From NCBI GenBank assembly GCA_009703455.1, contig WLGB01000001.1, positions 1 through 63,898 on the forward strand: 63,898 nucleotides of DNA. The letters are read 5' to 3'. Numbering within the stretch: the first letter of the stretch is position 1; every line of letters starts with the position of its first letter. Positions 33,535 to 47,398 of the stretch are shown piece after piece. The notes beneath the pieces are model-generated. The model was not told the DNA's origin. It saw only the letters and a list, made by a program, of their open reading frames with translations, and did not search any database. The translations under genes and the position numbers were made by a program. The stretch is from Actinomycetota bacterium. GTDB taxonomy: Bacteria; Actinomycetota; Actinomycetes; Actinomycetales; Microbacteriaceae.

Positions 33535-35016
33535 ATGACCACCGATACGACCGCAAAGGCACCAAAGCAAGTAGCAATAAACGACATCGGCACCGCTGAG
33601 GAGTTCCTAGCTGCAGTCGAAAAGACCTTAAAGTTCTTCAACGACGGCGACCTCATCGAAGGAACCGTTGTGAAGATTGACCGAGACGAAGTCCTACTAG
33701 ATGTGGGCTACAAGACCGAGGGTGTTATTCCCTCTCGCGAGCTTTCGATTCGTCACGACGCTGACCCGGGAGACATTGTCTCGGTGGGAGACAAAATTGA
33801 GGCACTTGTTCTTCAGAAGGAAGACAAAGAAGGCCGACTAATTCTTTCCAAGAAGCGTGCTCTCTACGAGCGCGCCTGGGGCGATGTAGAAAAGATCAAG
33901 GAAGCCGATGGCACTGTCACTGGAACAGTGATCGAGGTAGTCAAGGGTGGACTTATAGTCGACATCGGACTTCGTGGATTCCTACCAGCATCTCTGATTG
34001 AGCTTCGCCGCGTTCGAGACTTAGGCCCATACCTTGGGCAAGAAGTTGAGGCTAAAATTCTGGAGCTGGACAAGAACCGAAACAACGTGGTTCTTTCTCG
34101 TCGTGCCCTGCTTGAGCAGAGTCAATCCGCTTCTCGTTCGACATTCCTAGCCGACTTAGCTAAGGGTCAAATTCGTACCGGTGTTGTTTCTTCCATAGTG
34201 AACTTCGGAGCATTTATTGATCTAGGCGGCGTTGACGGGCTCGTACACGTGTCGGAGCTTTCTTGGAAGCACATCGAGCATGCCTCTGAGGTTGTCGAAA
34301 TTGGCCAAGAAGTCACCGTTGAGGTGTTAGAAGTAGACCAAGACCGTGAGCGTGTATCGCTGTCCCTCAAGGCAACTCAAGAAGATCCTTGGCAAGTGTT
34401 CGCGCGTACACACTCAATCGGGCAGTATGCACCCGGTAAGGTCACCAAGCTAGTTCCGTTCGGTGCGTTCGTGCGTGTTGCAGATGGCATCGAGGGCTTG
34501 GTTCACATCTCAGAGCTTTCAACAAAGCACATTGAGTTGGCCGAGCAAGTGGTCTCAATCAACCAAGACGTGTTCGTTAAGGTTATTGACATTGATCTTG
34601 ACCGCCGCAGAATATCACTTTCTCTCAAGCAGGCTCTAGAAGAAGTAAATCCTGAGGGAACTGATTTCAACCCAGCGCTTTACGGAATGTATGCCGAGTA
34701 TGACGACAAGGGACAGTACAAGTACCCAGAAGGCTTTGATGCTGCAACCGGTGAGTGGCAGCCAGGGCACGAAGAGGCTAGGTCGAAGTGGGAGAAGGAA
34801 TACTCCGAAGCTAATGCTCGCTGGGAGGAGCACAAGAAGCAGGTTGCAGCGGCAAACAAGCTTGCAGCGACTCTTCCTGATATCCCAGCAGCTAGTGACA
34901 GTGCAGAAACTGAATCGCACACAAGCGAGTCAGCCGAAGCCGTAAGCGCTGGGACTCTATCTGATGATGAGATGTTAGGCGCGCTTCGCGACAAGCTGTC
35001 TGACGACCAGAAGTAG
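33535..35016 (+). CDS. rpsA: 30S ribosomal protein S1
   Basis: Four S1 repeats (DVGYKTEG, RGFLPASL, DGLVHVSELSW, EGLVHISEL) and the actinobacterial C-terminal extension. Confidence 0.99.
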   Translation: MTTDTTAKAPKQVAINDIGTAEEFLAAVEKTLKFFNDGDLIEGTVVKIDRDEVLLDVGYKTEGVIPSRELSIRHDADPGDIVSVGDKIEALVLQKEDKEGRLILSKKRALYERAWGDVEKIKEADGTVTGTVIEVVKGGLIVDIGLRGFLPASLIELRRVRDLGPYLGQEVEAKILELDKNRNNVVLSRRALLEQSQSASRSTFLADLAKGQIRTGVVSSIVNFGAFIDLGGVDGLVHVSELSWKHIEHASEVVEIGQEVTVEVLEVDQDRERVSLSLKATQEDPWQVFARTHSIGQYAPGKVTKLVPFGAFVRVADGIEGLVHISELSTKHIELAEQVVSINQDVFVKVIDIDLDRRRISLSLKQALEEVNPEGTDFNPALYGMYAEYDDKGQYKYPEGFDAATGEWQPGHEEARSKWEKEYSEANARWEEHKKQVAAANKLAATLPDIPAASDSAETESHTSESAEAVSAGTLSDDEMLGALRDKLSDDQK

Positions 35017-35028
35017 GCAAAAAGAATT

Positions 35029-35070
35029 GAATCGGGGATTGGCGTTTAGCTGGTCTCCGATTCTTTGTTT
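35029..35070 (+). terminator. Intrinsic terminator after rpsA
   Basis: 15-bp stem including G-U pairs (GAATCGGGGATTGGC / GCTGGTCTCCGATTC), 5-nt loop, then TTTGTTT. Confidence 0.85.
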
Positions 35071-35083
35071 GTAGGCTTATCGA

Positions 35084-35701
35084 ATGTTCTTAATAGGCCT
35101 TACCGGAGGAATAGCCTCGGGCAAATCCACCGTTGCAAAGCATCTAGCGGCACTAGGGGCTGAGACTATCGATGCCGATCAAGTGGCAAGAGACGTCGTC
35201 CTGCCCGGCTCTCAGGGTCTGAATCAGATCGTTAAATCCTTCGGGCCAGAGGTGCTCAATGCTGCCGGCGGTCTATCGCGCGAGGCACTGGCAGAAATCG
35301 TGTTCCCGGACCCGACAAAACGACTCGAGCTAGAGGCGATTTTGCACCCTCTAATCCGTGCGCGAACCATGGATTTGATCTCACGGAGTCAGAGCAAGAT
35401 TTTAGTGTATGCCGTTCCACTTCTGGTGGAAGCGAATGTTGATTATCCCTTCGATATGGTGGTGACGGTCGAAGCTGGGGTTGAGAATCAAATCGCGCGC
35501 CTAATGACCTCCCGCGGACTTACTGAAAACCAGGCGCAAGATCGCATTGAAGCCCAAGCCAGTGAGCAGCAGCGCGTTGAAAGAGCGGACTACCGAATCG
35601 ACAGTTCAGGAACTCTTGAAAATTTGGAGCGACAGGTCGGTAATCTTTGGACTGAAATTCAAAACGCTGCGAAGCAAAAGGGTAATAGTGGAACGAACTA
35701 G
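35084..35701 (+). CDS. coaE: Dephospho-CoA kinase
   Basis: [34 protein letters not shown] at 35072-35077 lies 6 nt upstream. Confidence 0.96.
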   Translation: MFLIGLTGGIASGKSTVAKHLAALGAETIDADQVARDVVLPGSQGLNQIVKSFGPEVLNAAGGLSREALAEIVFPDPTKRLELEAILHPLIRARTMDLISRSQSKILVYAVPLLVEANVDYPFDMVVTVEAGVENQIARLMTSRGLTENQAQDRIEAQASEQQRVERADYRIDSSGTLENLERQVGNLWTEIQNAAKQKGNSGTN

Positions 35702-37760
35702 ATCTTTCACTCCCTTCAAGGTTGTAAGCAACTTTCAGCCCTCTGGTGACCAGCCTGAAGCTATATCTCAGCTCACTCAGCGCATCAAGGCAGGTGAGAA
35801 GGACGTAGTTCTAATGGGGGCAACAGGTACAGGAAAATCTGCAACAACTGCTTGGCTAATAGAGGCGCTTCAGCGGCCAACACTTGTCATGGCTCACAAT
35901 AAGACACTTGCCGCACAGTTGGTCACTGAGTTCCGTGAGATGTTTCCAAATAACGCCGTTGAATACTTTGTCAGCTACTACGACTACTACCAACCTGAAG
36001 CCTACGTTCCCCAGACCGACACTTTTATAGAAAAGGACTCAAGCATCAACGAGGAAGTTGAGCGCCTGAGATACTCAGCAACCATGAGTTTGCTCTCTCG
36101 TCGCGATGTGATTGTGGTTTCAACAGTTTCCTGCATTTATGGGCTCGGCGCACCGAAAGAGTATTTGGACCAATCCATCCCGCTCCAGGTGGGCCAGTCA
36201 ATTGATCGAGATGATCTGATCCGCAAGTTTGTCTCCATGCAATATCAGAGAAACGACATCGACTTCTCAAGAGGAAATTTCCGAGTCAAGGGTGACACTT
36301 TAGAGATCATCCCGGTCTATGACGAATACGCGACAAGGGTTGAATTCTTCGGTGACCAAATCGAAGCAATTTACTCGCTTCACCCACTCACCGGTGATGT
36401 CATCAAGCAACTTGATGCGGTGGCGATTTTCCCAGCCAGCCACTACGTTGCGTCGCCAACCCAAATGGGTCGAGCAATTGAAGCGATTGAAAACGAACTA
36501 GCTGGCCGGCTAAGAGAGTTCGAATCGGCAGGTAAGCTTCTCGAGGCCCAGCGAATTAAGATGCGGACAAACTTTGATCTGGAGATGATTAGAGAACTCG
36601 GTTTCTGCTCCGGAATTGAAAACTACTCTCGACACATTGATGGTCGCGCCGAGGGTGAGCCACCATCTTGTCTTCTGGACTATTTTCCGGAGGATTTCCT
36701 CACAGTGATTGACGAATCACACGCCACCGTCCCTCAAATTGGTGCTATGTATGAGGGCGATTCCTCTCGGAAGCGAACATTGGTGGAGCACGGTTTCCGG
36801 CTCCCATCGGCCTTGGACAATAGGCCACTAAAGTGGTCCGAGTTCCAACAGCGAGTTGGGCAAACTGTCTACTTATCCGCAACACCTGGAAAGTATGAAC
36901 TGGCCGCCGCCGACGGAGTGGTTGAACAAATAATTCGTCCAACCGGCCTAATCGACCCTGCAATCATTCTTAAGCCAACAAAGGGGCAGATTGACGACCT
37001 CCTTGAGGAGATAAACATTCGTTCCGCAAAACAGGAGCGTGTTCTAGTGACAACACTTACTAAGAAGATGGCAGAGGAGTTGACTGACTATCTATCTGAG
37101 GCCGGGGTTAAGGTTCGCTACCTGCACTCTGACGTGGACACCTTGAAGCGGGTTGAACTACTGAGACAGCTAAGGCAGGGGGTTTACGACGTCTTGGTGG
37201 GAATCAATTTGCTTAGGGAAGGACTTGATCTTCCTGAGGTGTCGTTAGTTGCCATTCTGGATGCGGACAAGGAAGGCTTCCTTCGATCCGGCACCTCCCT
37301 AATTCAAACAATCGGCCGTGCGGCACGAAACGTCAATGGAGAGGTGCATATGTACGGCGATAAGCTAACCGACTCCATGAAGAAGGCTATAGACGAGACC
37401 AACCGAAGGCGTGAAAAGCAGGTCGCATACAACAAGGCCAAGGGAGTTGATCCACAGCCACTCCAGAAGAGAATTGTCGACATAACTGACCAGATTGAGC
37501 GTGAGGAAATCGACACTGCGGAGCTTATCGCCGAGTTCGGGCCAGGTAAGGGTCGAAAGAAACAGGCTGTTCCTCTGCGATCCAGTCGAGGAATTGCATC
37601 CATGGCGCAAGATGAGATTATGGCCGTGGTGATTGATTTGGATGCACAGATGAGGCACGCAGCTAAGGAGTTGCAGTTTGAGCTTGCTGCTCGCCTGAGA
37701 GATGAAATAGGTGAATTGAAGCACGAACTGCGCCAAATGAAGAAAGCGGGGCACATTTAG
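35688..37760 (+). CDS. uvrB: Excinuclease ABC subunit B
   Basis: [32 protein letters not shown]-terminal UVR coil. Start taken at GTG 35688. Confidence 0.98.
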   Translation: MERTRSFTPFKVVSNFQPSGDQPEAISQLTQRIKAGEKDVVLMGATGTGKSATTAWLIEALQRPTLVMAHNKTLAAQLVTEFREMFPNNAVEYFVSYYDYYQPEAYVPQTDTFIEKDSSINEEVERLRYSATMSLLSRRDVIVVSTVSCIYGLGAPKEYLDQSIPLQVGQSIDRDDLIRKFVSMQYQRNDIDFSRGNFRVKGDTLEIIPVYDEYATRVEFFGDQIEAIYSLHPLTGDVIKQLDAVAIFPASHYVASPTQMGRAIEAIENELAGRLREFESAGKLLEAQRIKMRTNFDLEMIRELGFCSGIENYSRHIDGRAEGEPPSCLLDYFPEDFLTVIDESHATVPQIGAMYEGDSSRKRTLVEHGFRLPSALDNRPLKWSEFQQRVGQTVYLSATPGKYELAAADGVVEQIIRPTGLIDPAIILKPTKGQIDDLLEEINIRSAKQERVLVTTLTKKMAEELTDYLSEAGVKVRYLHSDVDTLKRVELLRQLRQGVYDVLVGINLLREGLDLPEVSLVAILDADKEGFLRSGTSLIQTIGRAARNVNGEVHMYGDKLTDSMKKAIDETNRRREKQVAYNKAKGVDPQPLQKRIVDITDQIEREEIDTAELIAEFGPGKGRKKQAVPLRSSRGIASMAQDEIMAVVIDLDAQMRHAAKELQFELAARLRDEIGELKHELRQMKKAGHI

Positions 37761-37792
37761 TTGCTACCGTCTAGTTGGTTAGGCTGGTACCT

Positions 37793-40654
37793 GTGAACCC
37801 CAAGGCAATCCAATCCTTCGACACCCTTGTAGTGAAGGGCGCGAGAGTTCACAACCTGCAAAACGTCACGGTCGAGATGCCGCGAAACTCGCTGGTTGTC
37901 TTTACAGGGCTTTCCGGGTCTGGAAAGTCATCGCTGGCTTTCGACACGATTTTTGCTGAAGGCCAGCGTCGCTACGTTGAGTCGCTATCTGCCTACGCGA
38001 GGCAGTTTCTTGGCCAAGTTGACCGACCGGATGTTGACTTTATTGAAGGCCTCAGTCCCGCTGTGTCCATCGACCAAAAATCTACCAACCGCAACCCTCG
38101 ATCAACCGTTGGGACCATCACCGAGATTCATGACTATCTGAGGCTTTTGTGGGCACGAATCGGCGTTCCATTCTGCTCCGAATGCGGCGAGAAGATTGTC
38201 CGACAGACACCTCAGCAGATTGTGGACCAAATTCTGGAGAACGAGGAAGGAACAAAGTTCCAGGTACTCGCGGAATTGGTCGACCAGAAAAAAGGCGAGT
38301 TTGTTGACCTATTTAAGGATCTCATCTCTCAAGGCTATGCACGAGCCATGGTTGATGGGGAAACAATTGCTCTTGCCGATGCTCAGCCACTTAAGAAGTC
38401 CTATAAGCATGATATCGCTGTTGTTGTGGATAGGTTGGCAATCAAGGCAGGCATTTCGGGCCGTCTTACGGACTCAATCGAAACCGCTCTGAAGCTTGCG
38501 GGTGGAAAAGTAACAATTGACTTTGTTGATCGCAAAGGGGCTGACTCAACAAGAACCTTCTCCGAGCAAATGTCCTGCCCCAACGATCACCCCTTGGCTA
38601 TCACTGAAATTGAACCTCGAACATTTTCCTTTAATGCACCCTTTGGCGCATGTCAGGGGTGTTCCGGTCTGGGAACGAAGATGGCTGTTGATGGCGACCT
38701 AGTTATTGGCGATCCGGAGGCGTCGATCCTTGATGGTGTGATCATTCCTTGGTCCACCCAAGGCAAGGGTTTGTTTCACTATTTCTCAAGAATGCTTCAG
38801 GGCCTGGCCAAGGACTTGGGGTTCTCTCTTAAGACTGCGTGGCAGGATCTTCCAGAAGAGGTTCAGTACGCAGTCTTACACGGGAATGATTTTGACGTGC
38901 AGGTTCGTTGGAAGAACCGCTATGGCCGAGAGCTTAGATACACCACAGGTTTTGAAGGAGTGCTCAACTACATTGAGCGCAAGTATTTAGAATCAGAGAA
39001 CGACTACTCGCGCGGAAAGTGGGCTGGATTTCTGAGGGAAATTCCTTGCCCTGCCTGCGACGGAGCGAGACTAAGACCAGAGGTACTGGCCATCCAGATT
39101 GCGGACACCTCGATTGCGGACGTCACTGCTTTGAGCCTAGGGGAATGCGTCGACTTCTTTGCAAAACTGAAACTCAATAAGCGGGACGAGAAGATCGCAG
39201 CACAGGTACTGCGGGAAATCAGGGCTCGCCTGGATTTTTTGATGTCGGTTGGCCTGGATTACCTCTCGCTAGAGCGCGCTGCTGGATCACTTTCCGGCGG
39301 TGAGGCGCAGAGGATTCGGCTAGCGACGCAGATTGGCTCAGGACTCACGGGTGTTCTCTACGTCCTGGATGAGCCTTCCATTGGGCTTCATCAGCGCGAC
39401 AACCGAAGATTGATAGACACCTTGATTCAGCTTCGGGAGCTAGGTAACACTCTGGTGGTTGTGGAGCACGACGAGGACGCGATCAAAACCTCGGATTGGG
39501 TCGTGGACATAGGCCCCGGTGCTGGCATCAATGGCGGTCAGGTGGTTCACTCGGGAACCTACAAAGAGCTATTAGCAAACCGGGAGTCCATCACAGGGGA
39601 TTATCTTTCGGGTCGCCGGAGCATAGCCATTCCAACAACGAGACGGCCGGTAGATTCCAAACGAAGTCTTTCCATTGTGGGAGCAAGAGCCAACAATCTC
39701 CAGAACCTCACGGTGAACTTTCCACTCGGTGTCTTTATCGCAGTCACTGGAGTAAGTGGCTCAGGCAAATCAACTCTCGTCAACGACATCCTCTACAACG
39801 TTTTGGCAAATGCTCTAAACGGGGCCAAGTTGGTGGCTGGAAAACACACTCGTGTGACTGGGGTATCGCAGCTGGACAAAGTAGTTCACGTGGATCAAAA
39901 TCCTATCGGCAGAACTCCGAGGTCGAACCCCGCCACATATACTGGCGTGTTCGACCACATCCGCAAACTTTTCGCCGAGACTTCAGAATCAAAAGCACGC
40001 GGATATCTGCAGGGCCGATTCTCATTCAATGTGAAAGGGGGTCGCTGTGAGTCCTGTAGTGGTGATGGAACACTAAGAATTGAAATGAATTTCCTGCCAG
40101 ATGTCTATGTGTCTTGCGAAGTATGTCAGGGTTCGCGATACAACCGTGAGACTCTGCAGGTCAAATACAAGGGCAAATCAATTTCCGAGGTTCTGGAGAT
40201 GCCAATTGAAGAAGCTGCGGTATTTTTTGAGGCGATTTCCTCTATATCCAGGTACCTGACGACCTTGGTTGACGTTGGACTGGGATATGTCCGACTGGGT
40301 CAATCCGCCACAACTTTGTCAGGGGGAGAGGCCCAACGAGTAAAGCTCGCAACAGAGCTTCAAAGAAGATCAACCGGAAGAACCGTCTACGTGTTAGATG
40401 AGCCCACGACCGGGTTGCACTTTGAAGACGTGAGAAAGTTGCTTCTTGTATTGAACTCGCTAGTCGACAAAGGTAATACCGTAATTGTGATTGAACACAA
40501 CTTGGACGTGATCAAGTCTGCCGACTGGCTGCTTGACTTAGGCCCAGAGGGCGGACACCGCGGTGGGCAACTCGTGGCCGAGGGCACACCAGAACAAGTT
40601 TCGAAGAACAAGGCAAGTTTCACGGGAGTTTTCCTGAAGGAAATACTCCAGTAG
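37793..40654 (+). CDS. uvrA: Excinuclease ABC subunit A
   Basis: Two ABC ATPase modules ([16 protein letters not shown], two LSGGEAQR) and zinc fingers. Start taken at GTG 37793, 7 nt after TAGGCT. Confidence 0.98.
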   Translation: MNPKAIQSFDTLVVKGARVHNLQNVTVEMPRNSLVVFTGLSGSGKSSLAFDTIFAEGQRRYVESLSAYARQFLGQVDRPDVDFIEGLSPAVSIDQKSTNRNPRSTVGTITEIHDYLRLLWARIGVPFCSECGEKIVRQTPQQIVDQILENEEGTKFQVLAELVDQKKGEFVDLFKDLISQGYARAMVDGETIALADAQPLKKSYKHDIAVVVDRLAIKAGISGRLTDSIETALKLAGGKVTIDFVDRKGADSTRTFSEQMSCPNDHPLAITEIEPRTFSFNAPFGACQGCSGLGTKMAVDGDLVIGDPEASILDGVIIPWSTQGKGLFHYFSRMLQGLAKDLGFSLKTAWQDLPEEVQYAVLHGNDFDVQVRWKNRYGRELRYTTGFEGVLNYIERKYLESENDYSRGKWAGFLREIPCPACDGARLRPEVLAIQIADTSIADVTALSLGECVDFFAKLKLNKRDEKIAAQVLREIRARLDFLMSVGLDYLSLERAAGSLSGGEAQRIRLATQIGSGLTGVLYVLDEPSIGLHQRDNRRLIDTLIQLRELGNTLVVVEHDEDAIKTSDWVVDIGPGAGINGGQVVHSGTYKELLANRESITGDYLSGRRSIAIPTTRRPVDSKRSLSIVGARANNLQNLTVNFPLGVFIAVTGVSGSGKSTLVNDILYNVLANALNGAKLVAGKHTRVTGVSQLDKVVHVDQNPIGRTPRSNPATYTGVFDHIRKLFAETSESKARGYLQGRFSFNVKGGRCESCSGDGTLRIEMNFLPDVYVSCEVCQGSRYNRETLQVKYKGKSISEVLEMPIEEAAVFFEAISSISRYLTTLVDVGLGYVRLGQSATTLSGGEAQRVKLATELQRRSTGRTVYVLDEPTTGLHFEDVRKLLLVLNSLVDKGNTVIVIEHNLDVIKSADWLLDLGPEGGHRGGQLVAEGTPEQVSKNKASFTGVFLKEILQ

Positions 40655-42514
40655 ATGGCAAACGATCTGTCGTTTCGCCCAAAAACATCAGAGATTCCAA
40701 CCAGGCCAGGGGTCTATCGATTCTTTGATGAGAATCGCCGCGTCCTCTATGTCGGAAAAGCTAAAAACCTTCGCGCCAGACTCCAGAACTATTTTGGACC
40801 GGTGGAATCATTGCACGAGCGCACCAGGCGCATGGTTCTTTCGGCCGTGGATGTGGATTGGACGATTGTGAAGACCGAATTCGAAGCACTGCAACTCGAA
40901 TTCACCTGGATAAAGGAGTTCAACCCTCCGTTCAACGTGCGTTTCAAAGACGATAAATCTTATCCGTACCTGGCAGTTTCGCTTTCGGAGAAGATGCCAC
41001 GCGTTTTCATCACCAGAAACCGTGACCTCAAGGGGGTCAAGTACTTCGGCCCATATACCCAAGCGTGGGCGATTAGACAGACCTTAGACACTCTTCTTCG
41101 TGTGTATCCGATTCGATCCTGTTCTGTTGGTGTTTTCAAGGCTGCAAAGAGCGCTAATCGACCATGCCTCCTCGCTGACATCGGGAAGTGCTCAGCACCC
41201 TGCGTTGGTCGTGTCAGCGAGAAAGAGCACCATGAAATCGCCAGAGATCTAGTTGGCTTCATGAACGGCATGGATCCAAAACAAATTGAGCTTCTGCAAG
41301 AGAAAATGACGAGGGCTTCGGATGCCCAGAATTACGAGCTCGCAGCAAGGCTTCGTGACAATATCGGGGCGTTAGAAACTGTTCTTGAGAAAAGCACTGT
41401 GGTGTTTAGTGATTTGACTGATGCGGATCTGTTTGGTGTGGCCGATGACGAGTTGACCGCTGCCGTCTCTTTGTTCTGCGTTCGAGGAGGTCGAATCAGG
41501 GGAGTGCGATCATGGGTGGTGGATAAGGAAATTGAGCAGCCTCTTGAAGAGCTCGTAAGACAGATCATCTTGTACGCCTATACCGCAGTCGAAGGGGTAG
41601 AGCCTCCAACTGTGCCTAAAGAGATTCTTGTTCCTGCTCTTCCAGAAGACGCCAGTGATCTAGAGAAATTCCTCGAGCAGGCCAGAGGGGCTGCAGTGTC
41701 TCTTAGAGTTGCCAAGCGGGGAGATAAAGCGCAGCTGGCTGCGACCGCAAAAGAGAACGCTGATTACTCGCTGGCGTTGTATAAAACTCGAAGAACTGCA
41801 GACTTCACTGCTCGCTCGGAGGCTTTGACAGCGCTAGCAGAATCTCTAAATCTTTCGGAAGCCCCATTGCGAATCGAGTGCTACGACGTGTCGCATTTGT
41901 CGGGCACTAACATTGTGGCTTCAATGGTTGTGTTTGAAGATGGCCTTCCGAAAAAGTCGCAGTATCGCCAGTTCAATATTGAATCCGCAGCCGACGACAC
42001 TGAGGCAATCTACCAAGTGCTGTCGAGACGTCTCAAGTATCTCCGAGATCCAGAAAGTTTGGATTATGGGAAATTTAGCTATCTGCCATCATTGATTGTT
42101 GTCGACGGCGGTATCCCGCAAGTTACGGCAGCAGCCAGAGCCATTGCTGAAAGTCCTGTTCCAGATTTACCGCTTTGTGGTTTAGCAAAGCGCCTCGAGG
42201 AAGTTTTTAGGCCCGGATCTGATTTCCCGATTATTTTGCCTCGCGGCTCCGAGGAGCTATTCCTACTCCAGCGAGTTAGGGATGAGTCCCATAGATTCGC
42301 CCTCACCGCCTCACGCAAGAAGCGGTCGAAATCCCTCTCGAGCGACCTAATGGACATCCCCGGACTCGGGGAAAAACGCGTCACAGCGCTTCTTCGTAGA
42401 TTTGGTTCGGCAAAGCGCTTGAAAATCGCTACGCTCGAGGAGATTTCGGATGTGGCAGGCATTGGCGGACAGCTTGCCCAGGAGATCCTCAATCGCCTAA
42501 AGTTTGACTCGTAG
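40655..42514 (+). CDS. uvrC: Excinuclease ABC subunit C
   Basis: GIY-YIG domain (PGVYRF...YVGKAKNL), [13 protein letters not shown]-terminal HhH. Confidence 0.98.
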   Translation: MANDLSFRPKTSEIPTRPGVYRFFDENRRVLYVGKAKNLRARLQNYFGPVESLHERTRRMVLSAVDVDWTIVKTEFEALQLEFTWIKEFNPPFNVRFKDDKSYPYLAVSLSEKMPRVFITRNRDLKGVKYFGPYTQAWAIRQTLDTLLRVYPIRSCSVGVFKAAKSANRPCLLADIGKCSAPCVGRVSEKEHHEIARDLVGFMNGMDPKQIELLQEKMTRASDAQNYELAARLRDNIGALETVLEKSTVVFSDLTDADLFGVADDELTAAVSLFCVRGGRIRGVRSWVVDKEIEQPLEELVRQIILYAYTAVEGVEPPTVPKEILVPALPEDASDLEKFLEQARGAAVSLRVAKRGDKAQLAATAKENADYSLALYKTRRTADFTARSEALTALAESLNLSEAPLRIECYDVSHLSGTNIVASMVVFEDGLPKKSQYRQFNIESAADDTEAIYQVLSRRLKYLRDPESLDYGKFSYLPSLIVVDGGIPQVTAAARAIAESPVPDLPLCGLAKRLEEVFRPGSDFPIILPRGSEELFLLQRVRDESHRFALTASRKKRSKSLSSDLMDIPGLGEKRVTALLRRFGSAKRLKIATLEEISDVAGIGGQLAQEILNRLKFDS

Positions 42515-42570
42515 GGCGCTCGGGCGTGTCGCACATTCGTTAGACTCGTTTCAGACGAGGGGAACCGTGA

Positions 42571-43446
42571 ATGCCTGAAAATCTGGGCCACCAGCTACTG
42601 ATTGTCACCGGAATGTCCGGTGCTGGTCGCTCAACCGTTGGAAATGCTCTCGAGGACCTAGGCTGGTACGTCGTCGACAATCTGCCGCCGCAGATGCTTG
42701 GCCCAATGGCAGATCTGTTCACCATCACCAAAACACCGGTGCCAAGGCTAGCCGTGGTTATCGACGTTCGAGGTGGAGAGTTCTTCGCTGAACTTGAAGA
42801 AAACATTAGCTTGCTTGGGGGAAAGGCAGTTTCAGTGCGAGTGGTCTATTTAGAGGCCAATGACTCGACTTTGGTGCGCAGGTTTGAGCAGGTTCGAAGA
42901 CCACACCCGCTTCAGGGCGATGGCACAATTCTCGACGGCATCGCTGAGGAGCGCAAGCGCTTGCTAGCCCTTAGGGAATCTGCAGATGTCGTGATTGATA
43001 CCTCGGATCTGAATGTGCACCAGCTATCAACCAAGACTGCTGAGCATTTTTCGGTGGACTCTACAGTTAAGCTCCAGCTAACAGTAATGAGCTTTGGATA
43101 TAAATATGGAATCCCTGCCGATGCTGATAACGTGGCAGACGCTAGGTTTCTTCCAAATCCTTTTTGGAACGATAAGCTCCGTCCCTTTACAGGGCTTGAT
43201 TCGCAGGTAAGCGAGTATGTCCTTGGGCAAACCGGCGCCATGGAATTCATTGAAAGCTACCTCAAAGCGCTGCAGCCAGTTCTCGAAGGCTACCTGCGCG
43301 AGAACAAGCATTACGCAACTATCGCAGTCGGATGTACTGGAGGTAAACACCGGTCAGTGGCTGTTAGTACAAAGCTTGCGGAACTACTTTCGGGAAATAA
43401 CGAGATTACGGTCACGGTCAGGCACCGCGACCTTGGTAAGGAGTAG
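42571..43446 (+). CDS. rapZ: RNase adapter / P-loop nucleotide-binding protein RapZ (YvcJ family)
   Basis: [33 protein letters not shown]. Confidence 0.95.
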   Translation: MPENLGHQLLIVTGMSGAGRSTVGNALEDLGWYVVDNLPPQMLGPMADLFTITKTPVPRLAVVIDVRGGEFFAELEENISLLGGKAVSVRVVYLEANDSTLVRRFEQVRRPHPLQGDGTILDGIAEERKRLLALRESADVVIDTSDLNVHQLSTKTAEHFSVDSTVKLQLTVMSFGYKYGIPADADNVADARFLPNPFWNDKLRPFTGLDSQVSEYVLGQTGAMEFIESYLKALQPVLEGYLRENKHYATIAVGCTGGKHRSVAVSTKLAELLSGNNEITVTVRHRDLGKE

Positions 43447-43450
43447 CACA

Positions 43451-44431
43451 TTGGCACTTACAGCCGACATCAAAGATGAGCTTGCAAGAATTGACATTGC
43501 AAAGAACTCTGTTCGGGCAGCCGAACTTGCAACCGTTCTGAGACTCGCCGGCGGACTGCACTTGGTCTCCGGGAAGGTAGTTATTGAGGTTGAGCTTGAC
43601 TCGGCTCAAGTGGCAAGGAGAATCCGGAAGGACTTATCCGAGCTTTTTGGTTGCGACAGTGAACTTGCAGTTATTTCAGCGGGTGGGATTCGAAAGACCA
43701 ACCGTTATCAAGTCCGAGTTCTAGGCCAGGGCGAAGTGCTGGCGCGACAAACTGGTCTGGTAGATAGCAGAGGAAGGCCAGCTCGAGGACTTCCTGCGGC
43801 TCTCGTCACTGGCTCGATTGGGGAAGCTCAGGCCGTCTGGCGTGGAGCGTTCTTAGCTCACGGGTCATTGACTGACCCTGGTCGCTCGGCTGCCCTTGAA
43901 GTCACAGCGCCGGGAAATGAAGTTGCAATGGCGCTAGTTGGCGTTGCCAGAAGACTTGGAATTGTGGCTAAACCACGTGAGGTTCGTGGTGTTTTTCGTG
44001 TTGTGATTAGAGACGGTGATGCCATCAGTGCAATGCTTACCCAAATGGGTGCTCATGGACAGCTTTTGAAGTGGGAGGAGCTCCGGCTCCGTCGAGAAGT
44101 TCGCGCGACTGCTAATCGGCTGGCAAATTTTGACGATGCAAACTTACGAAGGTCGGCACAGGCAGCGGTGGCTGCCGGCGCTAGGGTTCAAAGGGCCATA
44201 GAAATTCTCGGTGAAGACGTCCCGGATCACCTGAAGTACGCCGGACAACTAAGGCTAAAGCACAAGCAGGCCAGCCTGGATGAGCTGGGTCGTCTAGCAA
44301 ACCCACCCATGACTAAAGATGCGGTTGCGGGAAGAATTAGAAGACTGCTATCAATGGCCGACAAGAAGGCCGAAGACTTAGGGATAGAGGGTACAGACGC
44401 ATTTTTACCGGATGACCTCGAGAACGACTAA
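43451..44431 (+). CDS. whiA: DNA-binding protein WhiA
   Basis: TTG start ([11 protein letters not shown]); [39 protein letters not shown]. Confidence 0.96.
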   Translation: MALTADIKDELARIDIAKNSVRAAELATVLRLAGGLHLVSGKVVIEVELDSAQVARRIRKDLSELFGCDSELAVISAGGIRKTNRYQVRVLGQGEVLARQTGLVDSRGRPARGLPAALVTGSIGEAQAVWRGAFLAHGSLTDPGRSAALEVTAPGNEVAMALVGVARRLGIVAKPREVRGVFRVVIRDGDAISAMLTQMGAHGQLLKWEELRLRREVRATANRLANFDDANLRRSAQAAVAAGARVQRAIEILGEDVPDHLKYAGQLRLKHKQASLDELGRLANPPMTKDAVAGRIRRLLSMADKKAEDLGIEGTDAFLPDDLEND

Positions 44432-44483
44432 TAACTCGAGAATAAACGCATAATAGAACTAGACCTCTACAAAAGGAAACCAG

Positions 44484-45107
44484 ATGGCTAACTACTCACT
44501 TCCAGACCTTGAATATGACTACGCAGCGCTAGAGCCGCACATTTCGGGCCGTATCATGCAATTGCACCACGACAAGCATCACGCGGCTTATGTTTCTGGA
44601 GCTAACTCAGCTCTCGACTTAATGGCAGAAGCTCGAGAGAAAAATGACCTGACTTGGATAAACAAACTGCAGAAGGACCTTGCCTTTAACTTGGGTGGAC
44701 ATGTGAATCACTCGATTTTTTGGAAGAACCTTAGCCCTGATGGGGGAGACAAACCAACCGGCGAGCTAGCTGCTGCAATCGACGAATTTTTTGGAAGCTT
44801 CGATGCCTTCCGCTCGCACTTCACTGCCACCGCGATGGGTATTCAAGGTTCAGGTTGGTCAATCTTGGCTTGGGACACTCTGGGGCAGCGCCTGATCATC
44901 GAACAGCTTTACGACCAGCAGGGAAATCTTGTGGCCGCTTCAATTCCATTATTAATGCTGGACATGTGGGAGCACGCGTTCTACTTGGATTATCAGAACG
45001 TCAAGGCAGACTACGTCACAGCGTTTTGGAAAATTGTTGCCTGGGGCGATGTCCAGGCTCGTTTTAAGGCAGCCCGAGACCAAACCAATGGCTTACTGCT
45101 AGTCTAA
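44484..45107 (+). CDS. sodA: Superoxide dismutase (Mn-type signatures)
   Basis: [35 protein letters not shown]. Confidence 0.96.
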   Translation: MANYSLPDLEYDYAALEPHISGRIMQLHHDKHHAAYVSGANSALDLMAEAREKNDLTWINKLQKDLAFNLGGHVNHSIFWKNLSPDGGDKPTGELAAAIDEFFGSFDAFRSHFTATAMGIQGSGWSILAWDTLGQRLIIEQLYDQQGNLVAASIPLLMLDMWEHAFYLDYQNVKADYVTAFWKIVAWGDVQARFKAARDQTNGLLLV

Positions 45108-45149
45108 GCAGAGCTGGTCCACCCAAGGGCGCGTGGATCTAATTTTTAG

Positions 45150-46190
<1,041 letters not shown>

Positions 46191-46195
46191 ACACC

Positions 46196-47398
46196 TTGAG
46201 AACAATTCCCGACCTCGGCAATCTGGCCGGTAAGCGCGTGCTGCTGCGCTGCGACTTCAACGTGCCATTTCAGGATGGGAAAATTGCTGACGATGGTCGA
46301 ATTCTTGCCGCTGTTCCTACAATTCGACGCCTCTTAGATAGCGGCACGAGTGTTCTAATCTGCTCACACCTTGGAAGGCCGGAAGGCAAAGTCGTTGATG
46401 ATCTTTCCTTGCGCATGGTTGGCATCAGGCTAGCGGAACTGCTCGGTCAGGACGTTGGTTTCGCGGGCGACACTATTGGGGAGCAAGCTAGGAAATTGGC
46501 TGAGACCCTATTGCCAGGGTCGGTTGCGCTAATTGAAAACCTCAGGTTCAACAGCGCCGAGACCAGCAAAGACGAGACGATAAGGAAGGAGTTTGCAACC
46601 AAACTGGCAGCACTCGCTGATGTGTTTGTTAGCGATGGTTTCGGAGTTGTGCATCGCAGGCAAGCTAGCGTATATGAACTGGCGAAACTTTTGCCCTCAG
46701 CCGCTGGTCTACTTGTCGAGAGGGAAGTTCAAGTTCTCGCTGAACTAAGTTCATCAACTAGAAAGCCCTTTACTGTTGTTCTTGGGGGATCCAAGGTCTC
46801 AGACAAACTTGGCGTTATCGGATCTCTGCTGCCTAAAGTAGATAACTTGGTTATTGGTGGGGGAATGGTGTTCACGTTCCTGGCTGCAAAGGGCATAAAT
46901 GTGGCGGCTAGTTTGCTAGAAGAAGATCAGATTTCCGTCGTGCAGGGCTACCTTGATCAGGCCAAGCAGCTTGGGGTGAACATAGTTCTGCCCACAGACA
47001 TTCGAATGGCAAGCAAGTTCGCCGCCGATGCTGAGATTGAGATAGCTGCTATCGAAGACTTGGCACAGACTCGATTTGGCGATAAGGCCATTGGTCTAGA
47101 CATAGGGCCCGAGTCCGAGGTTCGGTTTGCTGAAGTGGTTGCTAACTCGAAGATCTGTTTCTGGAATGGACCGATGGGTGTATTTGAATTTGAGAGGTTC
47201 GCAAGCGGCACTCAATCTGTGGCAAGAGCGCTTAGCCAGATGGATGGATTAAGTGTTGTGGGTGGTGGTGACTCGGCTGCTGCTGTTAGAGCACTCGGGT
47301 TCGAAGATAGCGACTTTAGTCATATTTCCACTGGTGGCGGAGCTAGTCTTGAATACTTAGAAGGAAAGAATTTGCCAGGCCTGGAGGTACTAAATTGA
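46196..47398 (+). CDS. pgk: Phosphoglycerate kinase
   Basis: RCDFNVP, SHLGRP, ENLRF, WNGPMGVFE, STGGGASLE. Confidence 0.98.
   Translation: MRTIPDLGNLAGKRVLLRCDFNVPFQDGKIADDGRILAAVPTIRRLLDSGTSVLICSHLGRPEGKVVDDLSLRMVGIRLAELLGQDVGFAGDTIGEQARKLAETLLPGSVALIENLRFNSAETSKDETIRKEFATKLAALADVFVSDGFGVVHRRQASVYELAKLLPSAAGLLVEREVQVLAELSSSTRKPFTVVLGGSKVSDKLGVIGSLLPKVDNLVIGGGMVFTFLAAKGINVAASLLEEDQISVVQGYLDQAKQLGVNIVLPTDIRMASKFAADAEIEIAAIEDLAQTRFGDKAIGLDIGPESEVRFAEVVANSKICFWNGPMGVFEFERFASGTQSVARALSQMDGLSVVGGGDSAAAVRALGFEDSDFSHISTGGGASLEYLEGKNLPGLEVLN

Noticed and set aside
35070-37800. LexA (SOS) boxes upstream of uvrB or uvrA
   Set aside because: I saw no CGAAC-N4-GTTCG-like palindrome in the regions immediately upstream.
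39496-40050. 184-aa alternative-frame ORF inside uvrA, and the many antisense ORFs in the ORF track
   Set aside because: They overlap well-conserved genes and look like shadow ORFs, with no independent evidence of coding.
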